Source of the DNA: Elusimicrobiota bacterium
GTDB taxonomy: Bacteria; CG03; SLGR01; JAGXOG01
Assembly (NCBI GenBank): GCA_051745145.1
Contig: JBNJDT010000024.1
Location: forward strand, 1-20,721
DNA length: 20,721 nucleotides
Direction: 5' to 3'
Part shown: in pieces, positions 10,913-18,312 of the stretch
Numbering within the stretch: position 1 is the first letter of the stretch
Layout: each line of letters starts with the position of its first letter
Translations under genes and position numbers: made by a program
The notes under the pieces: model-generated
Database searches by the model: none
Seen by the model: only the letters and a program-made list of their open reading frames with translations
Told to the model about the DNA's origin: nothing

Positions 10913-11779
10913 ATGTGGTTTCTAAGAAAAAGAGGTATAGCTTTAGGTGGCGGTGGCGCGAGGGGGCTTGCTTCACTGGGAGTTCTCAAAGTACTGCATA
11001 AAATAAATAAAAAGCCCCATATAATAACGGGAACGAGTATGGGAGCTATAATAGGTGGGCTGTATGCTTACTACCAGAATCCGTTTGACGTTGAAGAAAA
11101 AGTTAATGAGACAGTAAAAAGCCCGGAATTTAAGTGCTTAACAGAGGAATTTACAAATAATATAAAAAAGATTTCGGACGAAAAAGATAATATCCGGGCT
11201 AAATTTCAGAGAGGCTATAATAGACTGTATAATTTAAGTAAACTTACTTCCGGAGTAAATATAATAGAAAAAGAGTATGTTGATCCGGTAATTGACAATC
11301 TTATTCCTGAAGTTGCTATTGAGGATCTTCCCTTAAAATTTTGTTGTGTGTGCACGGATTTAAAGACCGGGACCAAAGTTATAATAAGAGAGGGAAGTTT
11401 ACGGGAGGCGATCAAGGCCAGTTCGGCCGTTCCCGGAATATTGCCGCCCCGGATAGTAGGGGATATGTTTCTTACCGACGGGGGTACGGTGAGTATGGTT
11501 CCTGTTGAGGAAGCGGTCTCGTTAGGGGCAAGTTATGTAATTGCCGTGGAAGTATTGGAAAAAATAACAAAACAGGATACTTTTAAAAATGGATTGGATA
11601 TTATAAATAGAGTTACTAAAATTTCTTCTTTGCACTTGAATAAAATGATAATTGAGGAAGCGGATCTTGTAATAAGCCCGGCCGTAAAAAATATTAGATG
11701 GAACAATTTCGCCAAGAAAGATTACTGCATAAAAGCAGGAGAATCTGCTGCTTACCGGCTGAAAGATAAAATAAAATAG
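10913..11779 (+). CDS. Patatin-like phospholipase (RssA/NTE family)
   Basis: LGGGGARG oxyanion motif, GTSMG nucleophile, ASSAVPG, catalytic DGG. Confidence 0.92.
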   Translation: MWFLRKRGIALGGGGARGLASLGVLKVLHKINKKPHIITGTSMGAIIGGLYAYYQNPFDVEEKVNETVKSPEFKCLTEEFTNNIKKISDEKDNIRAKFQRGYNRLYNLSKLTSGVNIIEKEYVDPVIDNLIPEVAIEDLPLKFCCVCTDLKTGTKVIIREGSLREAIKASSAVPGILPPRIVGDMFLTDGGTVSMVPVEEAVSLGASYVIAVEVLEKITKQDTFKNGLDIINRVTKISSLHLNKMIIEEADLVISPAVKNIRWNNFAKKDYCIKAGESAAYRLKDKIK

Positions 11780-11786
11780 GAAAAAT

Positions 11787-12434
11787 ATTATTTTAAATTT
11801 AACGGAATATAAAATAAATAAACTTCAAAAAGAAAAACTGGAAACATATATAAAATTACTCCAAAAAGAAAAAAAGTTTAATAATATAATAGGAGTCCAA
11901 ACCACCGAAAAGATTGTAAATAAACTGATTAATCCGTCCATAAGATTAGCCCAAATCATTGAAGGTAAAAAAGGGGTGGATGTCGGGACCGGTGGTGGGA
12001 TTCCCGGAATAATTTTAGCTATAATGGAAGATAGAAAAAAAATTACTCTTTTAGAACCAAAAAAGGATAAAGTCTTTTTTCTGGAGAGTGTAAAAAAAGA
12101 ATTAGATCTTAACAATATACAAATAATAAGGACCCGTGCAGAAGAGGCGGGAACAATTTTTGAATACAGGGATAAATTTAATTTTGGAGTTTGCCGGGCT
12201 GTGGCTAATTTATCAGTAACTGTAGAATTGGTATTGCCTCTCTTAACAAGGAGCGGTATTTATTATGCTGAAAAAGGCAAAAATGTGAGGGAAGAAGTTG
12301 AAGAAGCTCACAATACAATAGAAAAAATGGGCGGTCAGGTTTTAGATATAACTGAAGAGAATATTGTCATAATAAAAAAGGTTACAGATACGCCGTCCAA
12401 ATTTCCCAGATCCTGGAATAAGATAGTAAAATAA
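11787..12434 (+). CDS. rsmG: 16S rRNA m7G527 methyltransferase RsmG (GidB); 5' end extended beyond the track's GTG 11976, start uncertain
   Basis: DVGTGGGIPGI SAM motif, LEPKKDKVFFL, RAEE, CRAVA, TPSKFPR; directly upstream of parA. The frame is open from 11775 and the upstream part is RsmG-like. Confidence 0.85.
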   Translation: MILNLTEYKINKLQKEKLETYIKLLQKEKKFNNIIGVQTTEKIVNKLINPSIRLAQIIEGKKGVDVGTGGGIPGIILAIMEDRKKITLLEPKKDKVFFLESVKKELDLNNIQIIRTRAEEAGTIFEYRDKFNFGVCRAVANLSVTVELVLPLLTRSGIYYAEKGKNVREEVEEAHNTIEKMGGQVLDITEENIVIIKKVTDTPSKFPRSWNKIVK

Positions 12435-12479
12435 TCTATACGATTATTTAAAATTTCGGCACGATAAACAGAAATAATT

Positions 12480-12508
12480 TTGCAAATACGTTTTATTTTA
12501 AGTAATAT
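12480..12508 (+). promoter_or_regulatory. Possible sigma70 promoter for parA
   Basis: TTGCAA (12480-12485), 17 bp, TAATAT (12503-12508); the AT-rich background makes chance matches possible. Confidence 0.4.
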
Positions 12509-12587
12509 CTAAACAGCTGTATTAAAAATAGTAATTATTTGCCGGGGTGCAGCTTTATAGCTCTGGCAATAAAATAATGGAGTAGCA

Positions 12588-13355
12588 ATGACCAGCAAAA
12601 TAATAACAGTAATAAATCAAAAAGGAGGAGTGGGTAAGACAACAACTGCCCTTAATCTGGCAGCGGGGTTAAGCCGGAGATTTAAAGATACTCTTTTAAT
12701 AGATTTAGACGGCCAGGCAAACGCCACTCAGGGCCTGGGATTAGAGAGCGAAAGATTAAGTAATTCCGTTTATGAAATTTTAATGGATAAAGTGGGATAC
12801 GAAGACGTGATAACAAATACCCCTGTTGATTTACTGGATTTAATGCCCGCCCACCCCGATTTAAATGGGGCTAAAGTTGAGCTTGTCGATATGGCTGAAA
12901 GAGAATACAGATTAAAAAATTCTCTGAATAAATTAAGAGACAGCTATGATTTTATTATTATTGACTCTCCTCCGTCCCTGGATTTATTGACTGTAAATGC
13001 TCTTACCGCAAGTGATTCAGCTTTAATTACTATACAGTGTGAATATTATGCTCTTGAGGGCCTGGGAAGACTGGTTGACACTCTTTCACGAATAAAGCGG
13101 GGACTTAATGCAACTCTTGAAATAGAGGGAGTTTTAATGACTATGCACGACAGGAGAACAAATCTTTCTCATCAGGTTATGGAAGAAATTAAAAAACATT
13201 TTAAGAGCGCTGTGTATGATACTGTTATTCCCAGAAATGTCCGGCTGGCGGAAGCTCCGAGTTTCGGGAAAACTGTCTATCAATATGCCCCGGATTCTAC
13301 CGGAGCCCGGGCGTATGAAACACTTACCGGAGAGGTTTTAAAAGATAATAGTTAA
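12588..13355 (+). CDS. parA: Chromosome partitioning ATPase ParA/Soj
   Basis: NQKGGVGKTTT, IDLDGQANAT, IIDSPPSL, QCEYYALEGL, IPRNVRLAEAPSFG. Confidence 0.97.
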   Translation: MTSKIITVINQKGGVGKTTTALNLAAGLSRRFKDTLLIDLDGQANATQGLGLESERLSNSVYEILMDKVGYEDVITNTPVDLLDLMPAHPDLNGAKVELVDMAEREYRLKNSLNKLRDSYDFIIIDSPPSLDLLTVNALTASDSALITIQCEYYALEGLGRLVDTLSRIKRGLNATLEIEGVLMTMHDRRTNLSHQVMEEIKKHFKSAVYDTVIPRNVRLAEAPSFGKTVYQYAPDSTGARAYETLTGEVLKDNS

Positions 13356-13360
13356 TGCGA

Positions 13361-13389
13361 TTGCTTATGAGTACTGGAATAAATATAAT
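13361..13389 (+). promoter_or_regulatory. Possible internal sigma70 promoter for parB
   Basis: TTGCTT (13361-13366), 17 bp, TATAAT (13384-13389); AGGAGG RBS at 13414-13419. Confidence 0.5.
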
Positions 13390-13428
13390 TGAGTTAATAC
13401 TTAAAGTTGTGATAGGAGGGCAATAAGT

Positions 13429-14274
13429 ATGAAGAAAGTTTTAGGCAAGGGCCTTGATTCCCTTATTCCCGAGGATGAAGATCGGGGTTTCAAAGAAATT
13501 AAAATTGAAAATATAGTACCCAACCGCTATCAGATGAGAGAAAATTTCGATCAGGAGAAGATAGAGGAGTTATCTTCAACTATAAAAGATAAGGGAATTG
13601 TTCAGCCTCTTATAGTTACGGGTACGGACAGCGGATATATGCTAATTGCCGGGGAAAGAAGGCTCCGGGCGGCAAAAAAGGCCGGGCTCAAGTCAGTCCC
13701 CTGTATAGAGCGGGATCTTGAAGAGGAAGATTCTCTTATAGTTTCTTTAATTGAAAATATTCAACGAGAAGAACTTTCCCCCATAGAAGAAGCCAGTGCC
13801 TACAAAATGATGGTTGAAGATTTTTCTATGACTCAAAAACAGATTGCCAGTCAAGTGGGGAAGAGCAGGTCTTCTGTTGCCAACGCTATACGGATACTGG
13901 GTTTACCGCGGGATCTAAAAAAATTAGTGAACGAGGGAAAACTCACTTCCGGCCACGCCCGGGCTTTACTGTCCGTTAAGGAGCCAAAAAAGCGCAGGGC
14001 TCTGGCTAATAAAATAGTTAGAGAAAAATTAACTGTAAGAGAAGCCGAAAAACTTGCTTCAGATACTAAAAAAACGAAAAAAAGGAAAAGGGGTTCTAAA
14101 ACTACCAAAGATCCGCACGTAGAAGCTATGGAAGAAAAGCTTAAAAAGTCTTTAGGTACTAAAGTAAAAATTAAAATTAATTCAGGTTCAAAAGATACGG
14201 GCGGAAATATTAAGATTGAATTTTATGATATAGATGATTTTGAGAGGATAACGGATATATTATGTCAAAATTAA
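13429..14274 (+). CDS. parB: Chromosome partitioning CTPase ParB/Spo0J
   Basis: LGKGLDSLI N-terminal peptide, GIVQPL, IAGERRLRA, LIENIQREELSPIEEA, HTH TQKQIASQVGKSRSSVAN, GHARAL. Confidence 0.97.
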   Translation: MKKVLGKGLDSLIPEDEDRGFKEIKIENIVPNRYQMRENFDQEKIEELSSTIKDKGIVQPLIVTGTDSGYMLIAGERRLRAAKKAGLKSVPCIERDLEEEDSLIVSLIENIQREELSPIEEASAYKMMVEDFSMTQKQIASQVGKSRSSVANAIRILGLPRDLKKLVNEGKLTSGHARALLSVKEPKKRRALANKIVREKLTVREAEKLASDTKKTKKRKRGSKTTKDPHVEAMEEKLKKSLGTKVKIKINSGSKDTGGNIKIEFYDIDDFERITDILCQN

Positions 14275-14987
14275 TTAAAAAGTCAGCGCTGGCTGTGTAC
14301 CAGAATGTAGAGCTTGTTTTAATATTGTTTATTATAAGTGTTATCAGTGAGTATATAGGAGCTAGAATTGGAAATATAATTGACCCTAATTTTACTTTCA
14401 TTATAAATATATTATTGATGTCGGTTAATTTTTATCTGTGGTCATCTACGATAACTGCCTTAATTTATTATAAAAAAGACAATGTCTGGACCTGGAAAGA
14501 ATATATAAACGATGGCGGCCGAAATTTTCCATTTTTTGTAATATGGCTGGTTCTTATCTTGGGAGTGGTTAATATTTCAATTGTAATTTTTCACGGTTTA
14601 TTGAACTTACCCACTCCTATCGGACCGCTGTTAGTATTTTTATTTACGAGTGCTACAGGTTATATTAGTGCTTTTATTATTGTCTACAGGATGGAAAAAG
14701 AATTTAAATTCAAAAAAATATTAAAAAAACAGGCAAAGTATTTAACCGACAATGCAGCCGATTATATATTGGCTGGAGTATATGTAGTTGTTGTCTGGAT
14801 AGTATCCGATATAGTGATAAATGTACTTATGTATAATGCTCAAAGTATTGATAATTTTATAATCATAAAATATCTGTTAATTTTGTTGGGTAATTTAATA
14901 AGAATGACAACTGTTGTTGTTATTATGTCAACAATTGTGTACCAGATCCAGTTGGTGGATAAAAATATTCCTGAAATTGACAAGTAA
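14262..14987 (+). CDS. Hypothetical multi-pass membrane protein (about 6 TM segments)
   Basis: 241 aa ORF with repeated hydrophobic stretches; overlaps the parB 3' end by 13 nt; no recognisable motif. Confidence 0.75.
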   Translation: MSKLIKKSALAVYQNVELVLILFIISVISEYIGARIGNIIDPNFTFIINILLMSVNFYLWSSTITALIYYKKDNVWTWKEYINDGGRNFPFFVIWLVLILGVVNISIVIFHGLLNLPTPIGPLLVFLFTSATGYISAFIIVYRMEKEFKFKKILKKQAKYLTDNAADYILAGVYVVVVWIVSDIVINVLMYNAQSIDNFIIIKYLLILLGNLIRMTTVVVIMSTIVYQIQLVDKNIPEIDK

Positions 14988-15051
14988 AATAATAAAATCA
15001 TAAACATATTAAGCCAGCTGGTGGAAGATTTTTATCTTTAATATATTAAGG

Positions 15052-15080
15052 TTGACGGCAAAATATTTTTAAGTTATAAT
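15052..15080 (+). promoter_or_regulatory. Sigma70-type promoter for the acidic protein-lpxH unit
   Basis: TTGACG (15052-15057), 17 bp, TATAAT (15075-15080); GGAGGT RBS at 15107-15112 before ATG 15119. Confidence 0.65.
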
Positions 15081-15118
15081 TTGACAAAAAATTAAAGGGG
15101 AAATACGGAGGTAAATTT

Positions 15119-17536
15119 ATGGATGAAACAAATAATAATAATAATAATAATAATGAAAACCGGGATAAAGACAAACCTGATATAGAAGATGTAAAAAGAT
15201 CAATTGACAGAGAAAAAAAAGAATCTGCCAATAGCAGTTCTCAGGTACCCGGTCTTAATGATATGGATCAAGATACCTCTGAAAATAAAAAAGAAGAATC
15301 TGAAGGAGAAGATAAGAAGTCTTTTGAATCTGATGACAGTGATTTAGATGGTCTGGCTTTAGAAGATGATTCCGGGGAAAGTGAAGATACAGAAATGTCC
15401 GGATCACAGGAACCCGACCGGCCTGGTGATTCTCAGATAAATTCCGAGGATAATGAAGAAGTCACTCCTAAAAATACCTCCGATAAAAATTCCGAAGAAT
15501 CAGATATACCGGACTTAAGTTTTAGTGATGATTCGGACGGTGATCAAGAATTTAAAGAAGAAACCGGTCCTGATTTTGATGAGATAACTCCCGATTCCGG
15601 CGAGGAAGATTCCGGGGAAGAAAATAAAGAATTTTCCGGTTTTGAGGAGGACGACGACCGCGCTTCCGGTGATTCTATAGATGGGGAAAAAGAGGAATCT
15701 TCAGACCCGGATATTACCAAAGAGGGAGAAGTTAAAGATGAGGACACCGAGCCAGCTTTTTATGAGATAACACCCGATGCCGGCGGAGAAGACCCCGGAG
15801 AAGAAAATAAAGCATTGACTGAGCCTGAGCCGGAGGATGTAACTGGAGAGAACCCGTCTAAAGATACCGGAGAATCTGCAGAGTCTAAAAACGATAACTC
15901 CGGTCAGGAAGAAGTTCAGTCAGCGGATGAAGGAGAAATAAAGAATGCAGAAGAAGAGCCCGCCCCGGAGTTTGATAATATAACTGCCGATTCTGATGAA
16001 GAGTATTCCGAAGCAGAAAATATTGACGAAAAAGGTGAAGAATTTTCCAGTTTAGATGATGACCCCGAAGACATACCCGATGAAGATTTTGGTGATTCTA
16101 TAGATGGAGAGAAAGAGGACGCCCGTCAGGAAAAAGAGCCGCCGTCCGGATCTGAATCCGGTCCGTCGGAGGATTCAGAAGTCCCTGTCATTGATTTTGA
16201 CGAAGAGTCCGATAAAGATGCAAAAAAGAAAAACGATGAAGAGATTTCCGGGGAAAATTTAGAGGAAGATGATATTCCGGAAGTGGATTTTGAAGAAGAT
16301 GAAGACGAATCAGATTTATCGGATTTTGATGAATTGACAGGGGATGAGAAGAACGCTGCCGGTTTTGATTCCGGGCAAAAAGAGACCCCCGATGAGTCCG
16401 ACGAGGAGGATTTTCTGCAGGATTCAGAAGATTTAGTGGAATCGGAAGATACTGAGCTCCCCGATCTGGATTTTGACGAGGATTTTGAATCGGAAATTGA
16501 AGAGGAAGACATTACAGAAGCCGAACAGCAGATGGGTATAGATGATATTTCCGATGAAGATTTAGAAGAAATTTTCAATGAAGAGATACCGGATGAAATT
16601 GCAGAAACGGATGCCGGTGAGTCCGAAGATAAATTAAATGATATATCCGACGAAGATACCGTTTCTGAAGAAGATGAACTGGAAGAAATTTCCGATGAAG
16701 ATGGTGCCCCGGAAGATAATTTAGAGGGCGGTCCAGATGAAGAGTTAGAAGATATACCCGATGATGATATTGCCCCGGCGGAGGAGATAGAAGAAATTTC
16801 CGATGAAGATATCGCTCCTGAAGATGAATTAGAGGATATACCCGGTGAAGATACCTCTCCTGAAGATGAGCTCGAGGATATACCCGATGAAGGTGTCGCT
16901 GCTGAGGATGAGTTAGAAGAAATTCCAGGTGAAGATCCGGCTCCGGAAGAAGATTTAGATGATATTCCCGGAGATGGTGAAGATAAATCAGAAGGTAGAG
17001 AGATTTCAGAAGAAGATAACGAAAATCTTCCCCCGGAAAATTCAGACGAATCCGAAGAATTAGAAGAAGAAACTAAAGATTCGGGTTCAAAAAATGGTTT
17101 ATTTAAAATACTGCTATTTATATTTTTAATTATTGTCGTTGTTATAGCCGGTCTGTATACGGTTTTTAATAAGAAATTTATGGAAGACGAAATAGTGGTA
17201 AAAAAATCTCCCGGTTCCCGTAAGACCGAGAAGGAAACCAAAGAAAGCCCGGTTGCGATAACGAGTAAATATATACCCGATGCGGTCAAAAATGTACAGG
17301 AAGATTCTGAAGAAGGTATAACTACATATGTATTTACTTCACCGGAAGATATAGATACTGTGCGGCGTTTTTATTTAAATCTGCTGAAAGACGAAGAATT
17401 TAAATTAAAATCTGACCGTTACAATAAAAATGAAGGTATGTCCTATATGATATTTGGAAAAGAGAAGAAAGATTTTTCAATTATCCTCCGGGAAAAAGAA
17501 GATGCAGTTAGTGCAGTAGTAAGTTATGTGAAATAA
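15119..17536 (+). CDS. Hypothetical 805 aa protein: about 660 aa Asp/Glu-rich repetitive region, single TM helix, about 120 aa C-terminal globular domain
   Basis: Long ORF with good RBS and promoter; no signal peptide; TM ILLFIFLIIVVVIAGLYTVF (about 17108-17167); C-terminus YIPDA...FTSPEDIDTVRRFYLNLL. Confidence 0.85.
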   Translation: MDETNNNNNNNNENRDKDKPDIEDVKRSIDREKKESANSSSQVPGLNDMDQDTSENKKEESEGEDKKSFESDDSDLDGLALEDDSGESEDTEMSGSQEPDRPGDSQINSEDNEEVTPKNTSDKNSEESDIPDLSFSDDSDGDQEFKEETGPDFDEITPDSGEEDSGEENKEFSGFEEDDDRASGDSIDGEKEESSDPDITKEGEVKDEDTEPAFYEITPDAGGEDPGEENKALTEPEPEDVTGENPSKDTGESAESKNDNSGQEEVQSADEGEIKNAEEEPAPEFDNITADSDEEYSEAENIDEKGEEFSSLDDDPEDIPDEDFGDSIDGEKEDARQEKEPPSGSESGPSEDSEVPVIDFDEESDKDAKKKNDEEISGENLEEDDIPEVDFEEDEDESDLSDFDELTGDEKNAAGFDSGQKETPDESDEEDFLQDSEDLVESEDTELPDLDFDEDFESEIEEEDITEAEQQMGIDDISDEDLEEIFNEEIPDEIAETDAGESEDKLNDISDEDTVSEEDELEEISDEDGAPEDNLEGGPDEELEDIPDDDIAPAEEIEEISDEDIAPEDELEDIPGEDTSPEDELEDIPDEGVAAEDELEEIPGEDPAPEEDLDDIPGDGEDKSEGREISEEDNENLPPENSDESEELEEETKDSGSKNGLFKILLFIFLIIVVVIAGLYTVFNKKFMEDEIVVKKSPGSRKTEKETKESPVAITSKYIPDAVKNVQEDSEEGITTYVFTSPEDIDTVRRFYLNLLKDEEFKLKSDRYNKNEGMSYMIFGKEKKDFSIILREKEDAVSAVVSYVK
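15131..15154 (+). repeat. (AAT)8 trinucleotide microsatellite encoding poly-Asn
   Basis: Eight perfect AAT units at codons 5-12 of the acidic protein. Confidence 0.95.
16625..16987 (+). repeat. Degenerate tandem repeat, about 42-bp / 14-aa period, about 8 full units plus one truncated
   Basis: EDKLNDISDEDTVSE, EDELEEISDEDGAP, (EDNLEGGP), DEELEDIPDDDIAP, AEEIEEISDEDIAP, EDELEDIPGEDTSP, EDELEDIPDEGVAA, EDELEEIPGEDPAP, EEDLDDIPGDGEDK. Confidence 0.9.
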
Positions 17537-18286
17537 TTGCGTTCTGTTTTTACAGCTGATTTACATTTAAAAATATCCCCGTCCAAAAAGTCTTATTCTT
17601 CATTTGTAACGTTTTTGGATTATCTGGAGAAAAATTACGACAGGTTATACATACTGGGAGACCTTTTCACCTACTGGTATGAACATCCTAAAGTGGATTT
17701 TTATTCTAAGAATCCAGTTCTCAGAGCATTAAAAGAAAAAGAGATAGAAGTCTTTTTTATCTCCGGCAACAGAGATTTCATGGCCGGAAAATTTTTTAAA
17801 AAGTATTCGAAGGTAGAATTTTTAGGTTCGGAATTAAACCTAAAATTTAAACAGGGTAAAATATTTTTAACTCACGGGGATAAATTAGCTAAAAAAGATA
17901 TTCGGTACCAGATCTGGCGTAAATTTGTTCAGTCTCCTTTTTCTGCCTTTATATTTAAAAGATTGCCCGTAGGATATGCAATATCGGTTGTAGATAATTT
18001 TAAAAAAGTGGGAAAATCAAACCCCAAAAAAGAAAAACAGATTGCCCGGATGATAGTTAACGGGGCCCGGAAGAAATTTCAAAAAAACAGGGATATCGAT
18101 ATTATAATTTCGGGGCACGCTCATTATAAATTGGAAAAAAGCATAAAAATAGAAAACGAAAATAAAAAATTAATTATCCTTCCTGAATTTAAATTCCCGG
18201 GAGAATTCCTGGTTATGGACCAGGGCAGGTTAAATTTTAAACATCTGGGCGGTAAGTTTTCATATACCTCAACCACCGGGACATAA
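17537..18286 (+). CDS. lpxH: UDP-2,3-diacylglucosamine diphosphatase-like metallophosphoesterase
   Basis: ADLHL, LGDLFTYW, GNRDF (LpxH-type Arg), THGD...DIRYQIWR, SGHAH; TTG start immediately after the upstream stop. Confidence 0.8.
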   Translation: MRSVFTADLHLKISPSKKSYSSFVTFLDYLEKNYDRLYILGDLFTYWYEHPKVDFYSKNPVLRALKEKEIEVFFISGNRDFMAGKFFKKYSKVEFLGSELNLKFKQGKIFLTHGDKLAKKDIRYQIWRKFVQSPFSAFIFKRLPVGYAISVVDNFKKVGKSNPKKEKQIARMIVNGARKKFQKNRDIDIIISGHAHYKLEKSIKIENENKKLIILPEFKFPGEFLVMDQGRLNFKHLGGKFSYTSTTGT

Positions 18287-18312
18287 AATAAATAATAGTA
18301 TATCTTTCTAAT

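Noticed and set aside
10913..11779. Patatin as an anti-phage (CBASS CapV-type) effector
   Set aside because: Motifs are of the housekeeping RssA/NTE type (GGGARG, GTSMG), and there is no cyclase or other defence gene nearby.
15017..15024. GCTGGTGG (E. coli Chi), part of an 11/12 direct repeat with 14948-14959
   Set aside because: Single copy and Chi is lineage-specific; the short repeat is compatible with chance.
16625..16987. Regularly spaced repeats as a possible CRISPR array
   Set aside because: Degenerate, in-frame coding repeats without unique spacers; no cas genes in the window.
16126..17289. 387 aa Ser-rich ORF on the minus strand (also 15544-15747)
   Set aside because: Antisense shadow of the GAA/GAT-rich acidic gene; the Ser runs are simply complements of Glu/Asp codons.
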